Translations under genes and position numbers: made by a program
From: Bacteroidales bacterium
Lineage (GTDB): Bacteria; Bacteroidota; Bacteroidia; Bacteroidales; FEN-979
Assembly (NCBI GenBank): GCA_014860625.1
Contig: JACZJJ010000039.1
Coordinates: 871-64,870, forward strand
Length of the DNA stretch: 64,000 nucleotides
Direction of reading: 5' to 3'
The notes under the pieces: model-generated
The model's database searches: none
Told to the model about the DNA's origin: nothing
Seen by the model: the letters and a program-made list of their open reading frames with translations, nothing else
Shown here: positions 62,774-64,000 of the stretch, in pieces
Numbering within the stretch: the stretch's first letter is position 1
Layout: each line of letters begins with the position of its first letter

Positions 62774-64000
62774 ATGTTCCGAATCCAAAGTAAAATTGAC
62801 ACCTCCAGCCCTGAGTTCCAGAAGCAGAAGGAGGAGTACCTGAAAATTCTGGCTACCTACAAAGAGAGACTGGCATCCACCACACAGGGAGGCCCCGAAC
62901 GAGCTGTTAAACGCCACAAAGAGCGCGGAAAGCTACTGGCCCGTGAACGCATCGACTTGCTGGTCGACAAAAACACGCCCTTCCTGGAGCTCTCGCCCAT
63001 GGCTGCTTACAACTTATACAACAACGAGTTCCCCTCCGCTGGGGTGGTGACCGGCATCGGGGTGATCCACGGGAAAGAGGTGATGATCGTAGCCAACGAC
63101 GCTACGGTAAAAGGCGGATCCTATACGAAGGAGACGATTAAAAAACATGTGCGGGCACAGGAGATCGCCATGGAGAACCGGCTGCCCTGTGTCTACCTGG
63201 TCGACTCGGGCGGGGTGTTCCTCCCCGACCAGGCTAACGTCTTCCCCGACAAGTATCACTTTGGACGATTCTTCTTCAACCAGGCCAGGCTTTCGGCTGA
63301 AAAAATCCCGCAGATCGCTGTCGTAATGGGCTCCTGCACCGCCGGCGGCGCTTACGTCCCGGCTATGAGCGACGAAGCCATCATTGTCCGCAACCAGGGA
63401 ACCATCTTCATCGGAGGACCACCCCTCGTAAAAGCAGCAACAGGTGATACGGTAACAGCAGAAGAGCTTGGAGGAGCAGAGGTGCATACCATGATCTCAG
63501 GGGTGGCCGATCACCTGGCCGAAAATGATGTACATGCCATCCAGATCTGCCGGAACATCTTCGAATCGATCGAACGGCATGAGTACCAGGAATTGTCCCG
63601 GACACCGATAGAAGAGCCCTTTTACGACCCAAAAGAGCTGTATGGTATTCTCCCTATCGACCCACGAAAACCGGTCGATTCGAGGGAGCTGATTGCCCGG
63701 ATGGTAGACGGAAGCCTCTTTCATGAGTTCAAAGAGAAATATGCTCCTACCATTGTGACGGGGTTCGCGCGGATAATGGGTTACGAAGTTGGAATCCTTG
63801 CCAACAACGGGGTCCTCTTTTCAGAGAGTGCGCTGAAAGCTGCCCATTTTATTGAGCTTTGCAATGCAAGATATATTCCAATTCTCTTCCTTCAAAACAT
63901 TACAGGCTTTATTGTTGGAAAACAATATGAGCATGGCGGGATAGCCCGCGACGGAGCCAAGTTTGTCCATGCCACGGCCAACGCCAACGTTCCCAAGTTC
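62774..64000 (+). CDS. Acyl-CoA carboxylase carboxyltransferase (beta) subunit, methylcrotonyl-CoA carboxylase-like; 3' end outside the window
   Basis: My own translation from the ATG at 62774 gives [23 protein letters not shown]...[26 protein letters not shown]...[11 protein letters not shown]...[18 protein letters not shown]. It is open for all 409 codons to the window end. It is not in the supplied ORF track because it has no stop. Confidence 0.85.
   Translation, partial: MFRIQSKIDTSSPEFQKQKEEYLKILATYKERLASTTQGGPERAVKRHKERGKLLARERIDLLVDKNTPFLELSPMAAYNLYNNEFPSAGVVTGIGVIHGKEVMIVANDATVKGGSYTKETIKKHVRAQEIAMENRLPCVYLVDSGGVFLPDQANVFPDKYHFGRFFFNQARLSAEKIPQIAVVMGSCTAGGAYVPAMSDEAIIVRNQGTIFIGGPPLVKAATGDTVTAEELGGAEVHTMISGVADHLAENDVHAIQICRNIFESIERHEYQELSRTPIEEPFYDPKELYGILPIDPRKPVDSRELIARMVDGSLFHEFKEKYAPTIVTGFARIMGYEVGILANNGVLFSESALKAAHFIELCNARYIPILFLQNITGFIVGKQYEHGGIARDGAKFVHATANANVPKF

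Noticed and set aside
63014-63724. Minus-strand ORFs 63014-63487, 63408-63632 and 63497-63724.
   Set aside because: They are antisense to a continuous plus-strand frame with clear carboxyltransferase motifs (62774 to the window end). They are typical shadow ORFs.

Overview
The window looks like a chromosomal segment of a Bacteroidota-type genome. Support for that: T9SS C-terminal sorting domains, a PorV-like barrel, a CarboxypepD_reg TonB-dependent receptor, FISUMP domains, and many TAnnTTTG -7 promoter boxes. I call about 50 genes. Most are housekeeping or core metabolism: purF, greA, ahcY, metH-metF, sodC, amtB, DPP-IV, a GH3 glycosidase, an acid-resistance-type decarboxylase/antiporter pair, an ABC-2 exporter, a NarL-type two-component pair, and tRNA-Thr(CGU) and tRNA-Pro(CGG). 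I found no transposase, integrase, CRISPR array or recognisable defence genes. The most unusual signal is not a gene. It is a dispersed family of phased, degenerate short-period tandem arrays (unit 7 nt mostly, also 8, 9 and about 10 nt) that sit on gene boundaries. They donate start codons, stop codons and short tails, and in four places they run in frame through coding sequence. One such stretch forms the whole linker of a NifS-like/SelD fusion protein, and another forms the apparent signal peptide of the GH3 enzyme. Some arrays are about 90 percent identical copies of each other tens of kb apart, so they behave as a dispersed element rather than local slippage. Other points worth a second look: a selU / nifS-selD / MFS selenium operon; a TonB-receptor-like / 1426-aa T9SS cargo / PorV-like trio; a three-lipoprotein operon with a double FISUMP protein next to the tRNAs; a cysteate-synthase-like cluster; a promoter module duplicated at two loci; and a D-serine-dehydratase-like pseudogene. 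All calls come from reading the sequence and the ORF translations. No database search was run.
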